Shown here one piece after another: positions 1 to 7,177 of a stretch of 32,000 nt of DNA. The position numbers and the translations under genes are program-made. The stretch's first letter is position 1, and each line of letters starts with the position of its first letter. A model generated the notes under the pieces. That model saw nothing but the letters and a program-made list of their open reading frames with translations, ran no database searches and was not told where the DNA came from. The DNA is from Geotalea uraniireducens Rf4 (GTDB lineage: Bacteria > Desulfobacterota > Desulfuromonadia > Geobacterales > Geobacteraceae): contig NC_009483.1 of assembly GCF_000016745.1 (NCBI RefSeq), forward strand, positions 3,900,001-3,932,000, written 5' to 3'.

Positions 1-1
1 G

Positions 2-688
2 TCGCTGTCCGGCGGCGAGGTCTTCCTGTTGCATGACGACGGGGTCGCTCCGGACCAGGCTGCCGGTGACGGCATATTCGCCACTGCCTACACGCCGACC
101 CGCTCCTCCGAGGTCTTTTCCTTCTCATCGCCGGCCGGTAGCGAGACGATCGGCAACATTGCCCCCCTTGCCGTGACGACCTCCTCCCTGCCGGCCGCAA
201 CGGTGGGAAGCTTCTACAGCCGGACCCTGACGGCGAGCGGCGGGGTGGTGCCGTACACCTGGAACATCAGCAGCGGTGCTCTCCCCGCCGGACTATCCCT
301 GAACAGCGCGAGCGGGACAATTTCCGGCACACCGACGGCCTCCGGCAATTTCAGCTTCACCGTCCGGGTGACGGATAACAGGGGTGTCTCGGCAGTCAAG
401 ACGCTGTCGCTGACCGTTTCCATCGCCACGTTGACCATCAACACGACGAGCCTGCCGCGGGCCACTCACGGCGTGTACTATTCCGTAACCATGGCAGCGA
501 ACGGCGGCGTCAGGCCGTACACCTGGAGCATCAGCAGCGGCAGACTCCCGGCCGGACTCGCCCTCAACAGCTCAAGCGGGGTAATTTCCGGCACGCCGAC
601 AACCTCCGGCAGATCCAGCTTCACCGTCCGGGTAACAGATACGCGGCGGAAAACGGCAAGCAGAAATCTCTCGATCACCGTCAACTGA
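2..688 (+). CDS. C-terminal fragment of a surface/secreted protein with two tandem putative-Ig (He_PIG, dystroglycan/cadherin-like) repeats; the 5' end lies outside the window
   Basis: The frame is open from base 2, with no stop before the TTG at 29 used by the ORF track. The stop is at 686-688. Two ~85-aa repeats (nt 176-439 and 440-685) share TTSLPxAT..Y..T..A.GG..PYTW.ISSG.LPAGL.LNS.SG.ISGTPT.SG..FTVRVTD. Confidence 0.75.
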   Translation, partial: SLSGGEVFLLHDDGVAPDQAAGDGIFATAYTPTRSSEVFSFSSPAGSETIGNIAPLAVTTSSLPAATVGSFYSRTLTASGGVVPYTWNISSGALPAGLSLNSASGTISGTPTASGNFSFTVRVTDNRGVSAVKTLSLTVSIATLTINTTSLPRATHGVYYSVTMAANGGVRPYTWSISSGRLPAGLALNSSSGVISGTPTTSGRSSFTVRVTDTRRKTASRNLSITVN

Positions 689-710
689 TTTTCCACCACA
701 CAAAACGAAA

Positions 711-765
711 AGCCCCCTGCTTCGTTACCCATCTGGGGCGGAGAGGGGGCTTACAATTTTTCTTA
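711..765 (+). terminator. Possible terminator hairpin after the Ig-repeat gene
   Basis: AGCCCCCT (711-718) pairs with AGGGGGCT (744-751) and is followed by ACAATTTTTC. The loop is long (25 nt), so this is weak. Confidence 0.3.
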
Positions 766-856
766 CGACTTGGGTTGTTACATTATGTGAGCAAAATGTT
801 AAAGCAAGACCCCCCTGTGTCAGAATAGTTGTCGCCTCAGATGGGTTGTTTAGCCA

Positions 857-916
857 CGGTCTTTCGAGCTGAATTGCAACGAGCGTAGCGAGCTTGCGAT
901 TCAGCTCGAAAGACCG
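857..916 (+). repeat. Long hairpin inside the IS left end, upstream of orfA
   Basis: CGGTCTTTCGAGCTGAAT (857-874) is the perfect reverse complement of ATTCAGCTCGAAAGACCG (899-916). The stem extends inward with TGCAA/TTGCG to about 23 bp. Confidence 0.8.
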
Positions 917-976
917 GGACCGGCAAAAGCCGGCGACCCGTATTTTTTCAACATCTGGGGGCAGCAAGGATCTATA

Positions 977-1510
977 ATGACATACACACAAGGATTCAAA
1001 TCCAGCCTGGTTCGCAAGATGGCCTGCCCTAATGGCGTCTCGGCCTCAGCTCTATCCCGAGAAGTGGGAATTCCCCAACAATCACTCTCTCGCTGGCTTC
1101 GAGACGCAAATGTCGTGAATGAATCTGGTAACTCCCCAATTTCTGAAGCACCATGGAGAACAATGTCCCCAAAGCGCCCACAAGACAAGTCTGCCGAAGA
1201 AAAGCTCAAAATCGTCATCGAAGCCGAGACGGTTGCCGAAGATCAACTTGGCGCCTTCCTGCGTCGCAATGGAATTCATGAAGCACAGTTACGCGAGTGG
1301 CGCGCCATGATGCTTTCGGGGCTGCAAAAACCGTCTCGGCCTTCCTCAAAAACATCAGAGGAAACTCGCAAAATTCATGCACTGGAAAAAGAATTACTGC
1401 GCAAAGATAAAGCATTGGCCGAGGCCGCCGCGATTTTGATCCTCAAAAAAAAAGTCCAATCGATCTGGGGGGGCGAGGACGAGCCCACGGACAAGAGGAA
1501 CGGCAGATGA
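977..1510 (+). CDS. IS3-family transposase OrfA (HTH and coiled-coil part)
   Basis: 177-aa ORF with an N-terminal HTH-like segment (SALSREVGIPQQSLSRWLR) and a C-terminal heptad-rich region. It sits directly upstream of the DDE ORF and overlaps it, with orfB in the -1 frame. Confidence 0.85.
   Translation: MTYTQGFKSSLVRKMACPNGVSASALSREVGIPQQSLSRWLRDANVVNESGNSPISEAPWRTMSPKRPQDKSAEEKLKIVIEAETVAEDQLGAFLRRNGIHEAQLREWRAMMLSGLQKPSRPSSKTSEETRKIHALEKELLRKDKALAEAAAILILKKKVQSIWGGEDEPTDKRNGR
1445..1453 (+). other. Candidate programmed -1 ribosomal frameshift site (A9 run) giving an OrfAB fusion transposase
   Basis: CTC AAA AAA AAA GTC lies in the orfA frame. The orfB frame (-1) is open with no stop from 1444 to the orfB ATG at 1507. 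A-rich slippery runs in the orfA/orfB overlap are typical of the IS3 family. Confidence 0.6.
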
Positions 1511-2532
1511 TCGGGCAACTTATTGAAGAGGCAACCCATTCCGGAGCGAGACTTGAATCGGCCGTTGTCGCCATCGGGCTGAGCATTCGCACGTTCCAGC
1601 GTTGGAATCTCCAGGATGACGGAGCAGATCGGCGACATGGGCCAGTCGCAGAACCGGCGAACAAGCTGGCTCCGTCGGAGCGGCAGAACATCATCGATAT
1701 TGCAAACTCCCCGGCGTTTCGGGATATTTCGCCGAAACAGATCGTGCCGCAATTGGCCGATCAGGGAATATACGTGGCGTCGGAATCGAGTTTCTACCGG
1801 GTGCTCAAAGACGATGGGCTGATGACTCACCGGGAACCCTCCCGGCCCGCCACCAGCCGCAAGCCAAAAGAACATGTGGCTACCGGTCCTTGCCAGGTCT
1901 GGTCATGGGACATCACCTACTTGAAGAGCCCGATTCTTGGGCAGTTCTTTTATCTCTACATGATCATGGATGTCTGGAGCCGCAAGATCGTAGCGTCCAC
2001 GGTGTTTTTAAAAGAATCCAATGACTATAGCGCCAGGCTGTTTCTGAAAGCCTGTATCAGGCTCGGCATCAATCCGGAAGGCCTGATTCTTCACTCCGAC
2101 AACGGCGGCCCGATGAAAGGGGCGACCATGCTGGCTACTCTCCAGCGCCTGGGCGTAATTCCTTCCTTCAGCAGGCCACAGGTCAGTGACGACAACCCTT
2201 TCTCAGAAGCGCTGTTCCGAACCATGAAATATAGACCTGGTTATCCGAGTCGGCCTTTTTCAAGTCTGGCAGCGGCCCAGACTTGGGTTGATGGTTTCGT
2301 CGCTTGGTATAACACGGAGCATCTGCACAGCGGCATTCGCTTCGTCACCCCGGACGATCGCCACTTCGGCCGGGAGAAAGCCATCCTGTTAAACCGCCGG
2401 GAGATATACGAGAAGGCCCGGCAACAAAACCCAAACCGCTGGTCAAAAAACATCCGAAACTGGGAGCCAGTGGAAACAGTTTATCTTAACCCTGAACCAA
2501 CGGCGGAAGTCGAACTTCTTGACGCCGCATAA
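1507..2532 (+). CDS. IS3-family transposase OrfB (rve/DDE integrase core)
   Basis: Catalytic-triad context: WSWDITYLK, LHSDNGGPMK and SDDNPFSEALFRTMK. The C-terminal YNTEHLHSGI motif is typical of IS3 transposases. Confidence 0.9.
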   Translation: MIGQLIEEATHSGARLESAVVAIGLSIRTFQRWNLQDDGADRRHGPVAEPANKLAPSERQNIIDIANSPAFRDISPKQIVPQLADQGIYVASESSFYRVLKDDGLMTHREPSRPATSRKPKEHVATGPCQVWSWDITYLKSPILGQFFYLYMIMDVWSRKIVASTVFLKESNDYSARLFLKACIRLGINPEGLILHSDNGGPMKGATMLATLQRLGVIPSFSRPQVSDDNPFSEALFRTMKYRPGYPSRPFSSLAAAQTWVDGFVAWYNTEHLHSGIRFVTPDDRHFGREKAILLNRREIYEKARQQNPNRWSKNIRNWEPVETVYLNPEPTAEVELLDAA

Positions 2533-2637
2533 AAATTCAACAGAGGCGACAACTACCTTGACACCCGCCGAGACATGACTCACGCAACGACGCGACGGCG
2601 CAACGAAAGGCCTTTAAATAAATGATCTTAGATATTT

Positions 2638-3032
2638 GCCACAGAATCACAGAGACACAGAGACACAGAGATTTATTCAGCGTTGTCCGGTTTGGTTTTT
2701 GCTTACGTCCCGTAGGGACAGAATACTGGTAGCCGGGGAATTCATTCTCCGGTCATCCAGGCGAAATATCATCACGTCACGTACGTGACGTGGGGAAATA
2801 TAGCATCTCATCCGGGGGATGAATCCCCCGGCTACATTCGAACGCCCCTAATGGGGCTTAACAACCTTGATGCACAAACCAAACCGGACAACGCTGAGAT
2901 TTATTAATTCAATAAATACAGCGAGTTTCAGTTTCAAAGATATTTTTTGCATTTCACCTGTTTGGTGCTCGCCTTTTATCGGTTTTTCTCTGTGATTTCC
3001 TCCGTGTCTCTGTGTCTCTGTGTCTCTGTGGC
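2638..3032. repeat. CACAGAGACAC-type palindromic repeat element, copy A, interrupted by a MITE
   Basis: The ends are GCCACAGAATCACAGAGACACAGAGACACAGAG ... CTCCGTGTCTCTGTGTCTCTGTGTCTCTGTGGC. The interior (AATTCAATAAATACAGCGAGTTTCAGTTTCAAAGA...CACCTGTTTGGTG...TTTTTCTCTGTGATT) is collinear with 22838-22987. Removing the 219-bp MITE and one 9-bp duplication leaves 167 nt. Confidence 0.75.
2678..2896 (+). mobile_element. 219-bp MITE, copy 1 (nested in the palindromic element)
   Basis: Perfect 21-bp terminal inverted repeats CAGCGTTGTCCGGTTTGGTTT / AAACCAAACCGGACAACGCTG. A 9-bp direct duplication AGATTTATT flanks it (2669-2677 and 2897-2905). It is identical to 20821-21039 except at one base (T2748 versus C20891). 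Confidence 0.9.
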
Positions 3033-3159
3033 GGAAGTGCTGTTTTTAGGATGATTGGTTCGTGGTTTTAAACGTCGCGTCGTCGCTTAAAAGCGCCTAC
3101 TTTTGGTGCGTCGTTGCGTGAAATAAAATATTTTAGTTCTGGCTTGTCCGGCTTAGGAA

Positions 3160-3552
3160 CTAGAACCTGCGCACGATGAACTGTCCCCTGCTCAGCCTGC
3201 GCTGGAGCCAGAGGCCGAGCGCCTGCTTGATGAAGACGCGGGTGACGGGGATGAGGAAAAAGAGCCCGAGGAAGTCGGTGAAGAAGCCGGGGGTGAGAAG
3301 GAGTACCCCGCCGACAAGTACCAGGGCACCATCGAGCAGTTCCGCCGCCGGAAGGCGCCCCTGGCCAAGCTCCGCCTGGATGCGGCGCAGGATGTGGAAC
3401 CCCTGGTGGCGCACCAGCCAGGCGCCGGCAAGGCTGATGAAGAGAAGAACGGCCACCGTCGGTACTGCGCCGATGAGGGAACCGACCTTGATCAGCAGGT
3501 AGATCTCGATTACGGGGACAATGAGAAAGAGGATGAAAAGCCTGACGAACAT
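3160..3552 (-). CDS. fxsA: FxsA family inner-membrane protein
   Basis: 130 aa. The N-terminal IVPVIEIYLLIKVGSLIGA..T, the later LLLTPGFFTDFLGLFFLIP and a basic C-terminal tail fit the FxsA/UPF0716 pattern. Confidence 0.8.
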   Translation of the reverse strand: MFVRLFILFLIVPVIEIYLLIKVGSLIGAVPTVAVLLFISLAGAWLVRHQGFHILRRIQAELGQGRLPAAELLDGALVLVGGVLLLTPGFFTDFLGLFFLIPVTRVFIKQALGLWLQRRLSRGQFIVRRF

Positions 3553-3566
3553 GTCTTACCTCGCAA

Positions 3567-4109
3567 TCAATAACCGTTGACCACCACTTCCAGGTGCCCG
3601 TCGTTCGGGCAGAAAATCAAGCCGTGAATCGGCACGTCCTTGGGAATCAGCGGGCTTTCGCGGATAATGGAAACGACCCGGGCCACATTCTCCTCAGGGC
3701 AGGCAAAGGCGCCCATCCACTGCCCCAGGTCCGGCACCAGGGAATCGATGACCTGCGGATCGATGCCGCGCTCAATCATCTTCTGCTTCAGCTGCGGGCC
3801 GTCGATGGTCGACATGCCGCAGTCCCTGTGGCCGATGACGAACACCTCGTCCACCCCGAGCAGGAAGACGGCCGCCACCAGACTGCGCATCACCCCGCCG
3901 AAGGGGTCGATAATGGTGTTTCCGGCATTCTTGATCACCTTCGCCTCTCCGCGCCTGATCCCCATGGCCGGCTCCAGGAAGTCTACCAGCCTGGTATCCA
4001 TGCAGGTGAAAATGGCGAGCTGCTTCTGGGGGTTCTTCGGCAACGGAGGGAAGGCGTTCGGCTGGACAAATTTCTTGTTTGCGGCAAGGATCGAATCGAG
4101 AAGTTTCAT
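3567..4109 (-). CDS. Beta-class carbonic anhydrase
   Basis: Zinc-ligand motifs CMDTR and HRDCG are present. I start at the ATG at 4109 (MKLLDSIL, G-rich RBS upstream) because the longer ORF-track start at 4154 runs into the palindromic repeat at 4149-4355. Confidence 0.8.
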   Translation of the reverse strand: MKLLDSILAANKKFVQPNAFPPLPKNPQKQLAIFTCMDTRLVDFLEPAMGIRRGEAKVIKNAGNTIIDPFGGVMRSLVAAVFLLGVDEVFVIGHRDCGMSTIDGPQLKQKMIERGIDPQVIDSLVPDLGQWMGAFACPEENVARVVSIIRESPLIPKDVPIHGLIFCPNDGHLEVVVNGY

Positions 4110-4148
4110 TAATGCACCCCCAAAAGCGGTAAAATCGAAAACCTTTTT

Positions 4149-4355
4149 CACCACGGAGGGGAGGCACAGAGAAAGGCAAAACCAAATTCAAAACCTTTTG
4201 GAACGCAGAAAAATCGGAAAAGGAGGATAAAGGCGGATTAAACCGGAACCCCAAAATCTTAAGGTTTTAAAATCCGTTTTTTCCTCTTTTTCCGCCTTTT
4301 CTGCGTCCTATTGCTTTTTAAGGCTTTCTAAGGTTTTCTCCGTGTCTCCGTGGTG
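4149..4355. repeat. ~200-bp imperfect palindromic intergenic element with CACGGAG/CACAGAGA-type ends
   Basis: CACCACGGAGGGGAGGCACAGAGAA (4149-4173) pairs with TTCTCCGTGTCTCCGTGGTG (4336-4355). Internal arms also pair: GCAGAAAAATCGGAAAAGGAGGATAAAGGCGGA versus TCCGTTTTTTCCTCTTTTTCCGCCTTTTCTGC. Confidence 0.7.
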
Positions 4356-4419
4356 GATTCTGGTTTATTGCGGTGTCGTTGCTTATAAAGACATTGCCGC
4401 CGCTTGTCAACCGGATACT

Positions 4420-5475
4420 CTAACCCAGGCGCCGGAACGACGACGCCTTGATTGCCGCGAAGATTTGCGATCCTGCCACTATGCACAGATCATCTGCCGC
4501 CTGGACCACCACCTCGGCCACCAGGCGCCTGTTTCCGCAGGAAAGCTCCACGCCGATCTTGTTGCCGGCAGGGAAGGTGTTCGCCACGATACAGTCGAGC
4601 AGGTTCCTGGCGCTGATCGCCTCGGGGTGCTTCTTGAAAAGGATGATGTCCCGTGAAGAGAGCTCGAAGAGCGCCGTCGGCTGGTTGTTCCCGGCGGAGA
4701 CAAGCAATTCCGTATCGCCCCATTGATAGACGAACAGGCCTTCCATCCGGCGGATGGCTTCCAGTTCGAGCAGATTGATGTAACCGACCTGGCTTTGCCC
4801 CATGCGCGAGCGTGCCAGCTGGTCGGACGTGGTCTGCTCAACCATGCGGCCACCGGCGACGACCAGCACCTTCTCCACCATGAGCCGCATTTCCACGAGG
4901 GAATGGGAGATGAACAGGTATGGAATCCTGAACTGTTCGCTCACGCTCTTCAGGTACGGGATGATCTGGAACTTGAGGGTGTCGTCGAGGGCAGAGAGCG
5001 GTTCATCCATCAAGAGCAGCCGGGGATTGGCGAGGACCGCCCGCCCCAGCGCCACCCGCTGTTTTTCGCCGCCGGACAGGTTGTTGACCCCCCGCTCCAG
5101 GAGGGTGTCCAGCTTGAGCACGCTGACCAGGGCGGCAAAATCGATCGTCCGGTGTTCCGGTGCAGCGCGCCTGAAGCCGTAGAGCAGGTTCGACTTCACG
5201 CTGAGATGGGGGAACAGGCACGGCTGCTGAAAGACGATGGCGATCCGGCGTTTTTCCGGCGGGACCATGATCCCTTTCCGGCTGCTGAAGAGGCATTCGC
5301 CGTCGAGAAATATCTCTCCCCGGTCGGGCTGATGCAACCCCGCCAAAAGGCCAACCAAGGTTGACTTGCCGCTTCCCGACTCGCCGAAGATGCCGACCTG
5401 ATCGCCGGTCACGGTGAAATCGGCCGACAAAGTAAAACCGCCGATACTTTTTTGTGCGTTGATACGTATCTCCAT
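4420..5475 (-). CDS. modC: Molybdate ABC transporter ATP-binding protein with C-terminal TOBE/Mop domain
   Basis: Walker A GESGSGKST, signature LSGGEKQR, Walker B LLMDEP and a ~120-aa C-terminal TOBE-like tail. The start is taken at MEIRINAQ (ATG 5475), one base after the modB stop. The 79-aa N-terminal extension in the ORF track overlaps modB and is rejected. Confidence 0.85.
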   Translation of the reverse strand: MEIRINAQKSIGGFTLSADFTVTGDQVGIFGESGSGKSTLVGLLAGLHQPDRGEIFLDGECLFSSRKGIMVPPEKRRIAIVFQQPCLFPHLSVKSNLLYGFRRAAPEHRTIDFAALVSVLKLDTLLERGVNNLSGGEKQRVALGRAVLANPRLLLMDEPLSALDDTLKFQIIPYLKSVSEQFRIPYLFISHSLVEMRLMVEKVLVVAGGRMVEQTTSDQLARSRMGQSQVGYINLLELEAIRRMEGLFVYQWGDTELLVSAGNNQPTALFELSSRDIILFKKHPEAISARNLLDCIVANTFPAGNKIGVELSCGNRRLVAEVVVQAADDLCIVAGSQIFAAIKASSFRRLG

Positions 5476-5476
5476 A

Positions 5477-6160
5477 TCAGTCCCTCCCCCCCAGTTTCTT
5501 GCCGAGGAATTCGTGGAAAAGGAGAACCAGCACCGAGATGGCCACCGACACGATGCAGAGCGACATGGCCATGGATTCACCGGTCGGAGAGCCGGCGTAT
5601 TCGTATATGGCAAGGGGAATGGTCTGGGTAACGCCGGGGATATTTCCGGCAACGATGATCGTCGCGCCGAATTCACCGAGGCTGCGGGCGAACATAAGCG
5701 ACGAGCCGGCAATTATCCCCCGCAGGGAGAGCGGCAGGATGACGGTTATGAGGGTGTCGTACCAGCGTGCGCCAAGGGTCCGCGAGGCCTGAATGAGCTG
5801 ATGGTCGATGGTTTCCATGCCGATCCTGATCGACCTTACCAGAAGGGGGAAGCCGACAACGGCAGAGGCTATCACCGCCGCCTTCCAGGTGAAGATGAGT
5901 CTTATGCCGAACAGGTCGAGTAGCGGACCGAGCCAGCCGTTTTTCCCCAACAAGAGCAGCAGCAGGTAGCCGATTACCACTGGGGGAAGGGTCAGGGGGA
6001 GGTTGATGAAGACTTCGAGCAACACCTTCCCCCTGAATTTCAGGAAGGTGACCATATAGGCAAAGGCGAAACCGAACGGCAGCGACAGAGCCATCGCCGC
6101 AAGGGCGACTTTCAGCGACAATCTGACGGCATCATAATCGGCGGGGGTCAACGAAAGCAT
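5477..6160 (-). CDS. modB: Molybdate ABC transporter permease
   Basis: 227 aa and polytopic. It has a CysT/ModB-type EAA-loop region (ARSLGEFGATIIVAGNIPG) and sits between modA and modC. Confidence 0.85.
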   Translation of the reverse strand: MLSLTPADYDAVRLSLKVALAAMALSLPFGFAFAYMVTFLKFRGKVLLEVFINLPLTLPPVVIGYLLLLLLGKNGWLGPLLDLFGIRLIFTWKAAVIASAVVGFPLLVRSIRIGMETIDHQLIQASRTLGARWYDTLITVILPLSLRGIIAGSSLMFARSLGEFGATIIVAGNIPGVTQTIPLAIYEYAGSPTGESMAMSLCIVSVAISVLVLLFHEFLGKKLGGRD

Positions 6161-6171
6161 CTTTATCCCTT

Positions 6172-6352
6172 AGGAACTGTAAACAAATAACATGGGCATC
6201 TTGCATCTCATCTTCAGGTCATCTTTAGCCGATCTTCAATCGCCAAATCCTCAACGTAGCCGTGCTACGTCTGCGGTTTAGCTCAATCAGTTCGGCCAAA
6301 TCCGACCTAAATCTGAGCGCAATTTTGACCATGTTATCCATTTACAGCTCCT
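6172..6352. repeat. 181-bp inverted-repeat-bounded element in the modB-modA spacer
   Basis: AGGAACTGTAAACAAATAACATGG (6172-6195) pairs imperfectly (about 19/23) with CCATGTTATCCATTTACAGCTCCT (6329-6352). There is an internal hairpin ACGTAGC-CGT-GCTACGT. Confidence 0.6.
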
Positions 6353-6413
6353 TAATAAAGAAAGGACAGGCATCCGCCCGCCCTTTCCGATATCGTATAT
6401 CTTTACCAGATTA

Positions 6414-7163
6414 CTACTTCAATGTGAAGCCATACTTGCCGAGAACTGCTTTCGCATCGCCGCTCTCCAGATACCTGAAGAAAGCTTCGGCCTCTTTGTT
6501 CTTTGTCCCGGCAATGGTCAATGCCATGGGATATGTGACGCGCGGATAGAGGTTCTGCGGCACGGTGAAGAGGATTTTCGCCTGCCTCGCCTGCAGGGCA
6601 TCGGTCCGGTAGACAAAGGCGCCGTCAACCTCGCCACGTTCCGCATACATCAGGCATTCGCGCACATCCCTGGCCATGACCAGCTTCTTCGCCAACTGCT
6701 TGTCAATGCCGGCCTTTTTGAAGGCTTCCGCGGCATATTCTCCGGCGGGCACGCTCTTCGGACTGCCGATGGCGATTTTCTCCAGCTTGAGGAGGTCCTG
6801 CATGGTGGCGACCTTCTTCTCTTTGGAACCGGCGAAAACGAGCGTGTTGTAAGTGAAGACGCCGATGCCGGCACTATCAACAAGCTTCTTCTGTTTCAGA
6901 TAGTCCATCCACTCCAGATTGGCGGAGATGAAGATGTCCGCGGGCGCACCGTTCTCAATCTGCTTGGCAAGGCTGCCGGAGCCGCCATAGTTCTTCAGGA
7001 ACTTCACCCCGGGATGCTTCCCGGCAAAGCTGTCCGACAGCTCGTTGACCACATCCTTGAGACTTGCCGCAATCGACAGGTTGACATCGCCGGCAACGGC
7101 CTCCGATGTCATGCAAAGCAGAGCTGCAAGCACAAGCAGCAATTTCATCACAGGTTGTTTCAT
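6414..7163 (-). CDS. modA: Periplasmic molybdate-binding protein
   Basis: Signal peptide MKQPVMKLLLVLAALLCMTSEAVAG, followed by SIAASL..V..L...F, YGGSGSLAKQIENGAPADIFISAN typical of ModA. It lies upstream of modBC. Confidence 0.85.
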   Translation of the reverse strand: MKQPVMKLLLVLAALLCMTSEAVAGDVNLSIAASLKDVVNELSDSFAGKHPGVKFLKNYGGSGSLAKQIENGAPADIFISANLEWMDYLKQKKLVDSAGIGVFTYNTLVFAGSKEKKVATMQDLLKLEKIAIGSPKSVPAGEYAAEAFKKAGIDKQLAKKLVMARDVRECLMYAERGEVDGAFVYRTDALQARQAKILFTVPQNLYPRVTYPMALTIAGTKNKEAEAFFRYLESGDAKAVLGKYGFTLK

Positions 7164-7177
7164 GTCTTGGTCCTTTA

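Larger units (their letters stand above)
816..2565 (+). mobile_element. IS3-family insertion sequence (orfA/orfB), about 1.75 kb
   Basis: Terminal inverted repeats TGTGTCAGAATAGTTGTCGCCTC (816-838) and GAGGCGACAACTACCTTGACACC (2543-2565) match at 19/23 positions when reverse-complemented, and they enclose orfA and orfB. CCC occurs on both flanks (813-815 and 2564-2566), but the exact ends are ambiguous by about 2 nt. Confidence 0.85.
2580..3121. repeat. Outer inverted-repeat shell of a composite nested palindromic element
   Basis: TCACGCAACGACGC (2580-2593) is the perfect reverse complement of GCGTCGTTGCGTGA (3108-3121). A second partner, CGTCGCGTCGTCGC (3074-3087), pairs with 2586-2598. Confidence 0.6.

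Noticed and set aside
2647-3030. Tandem CACAGAGA / TCTCTGTG units, considered as a possible CRISPR-like or microsatellite array.
   Set aside because: There are only 2-3 contiguous 8-nt units with no spacers. They form the inverted termini of a palindromic repeat element, not a repeat-spacer array.
4420-5712. N-terminal extensions offered by the ORF track: modC from 5712, carbonic anhydrase from 4154, mop from 7941, FKBP from 8121, SBP-like from 11758, porin from 13197, pcm from 16483 and V4R from 27931.
   Set aside because: The extensions overlap upstream genes or repeat elements, lack an RBS, and precede internal ATGs with good Shine-Dalgarno spacing and canonical family N-termini.
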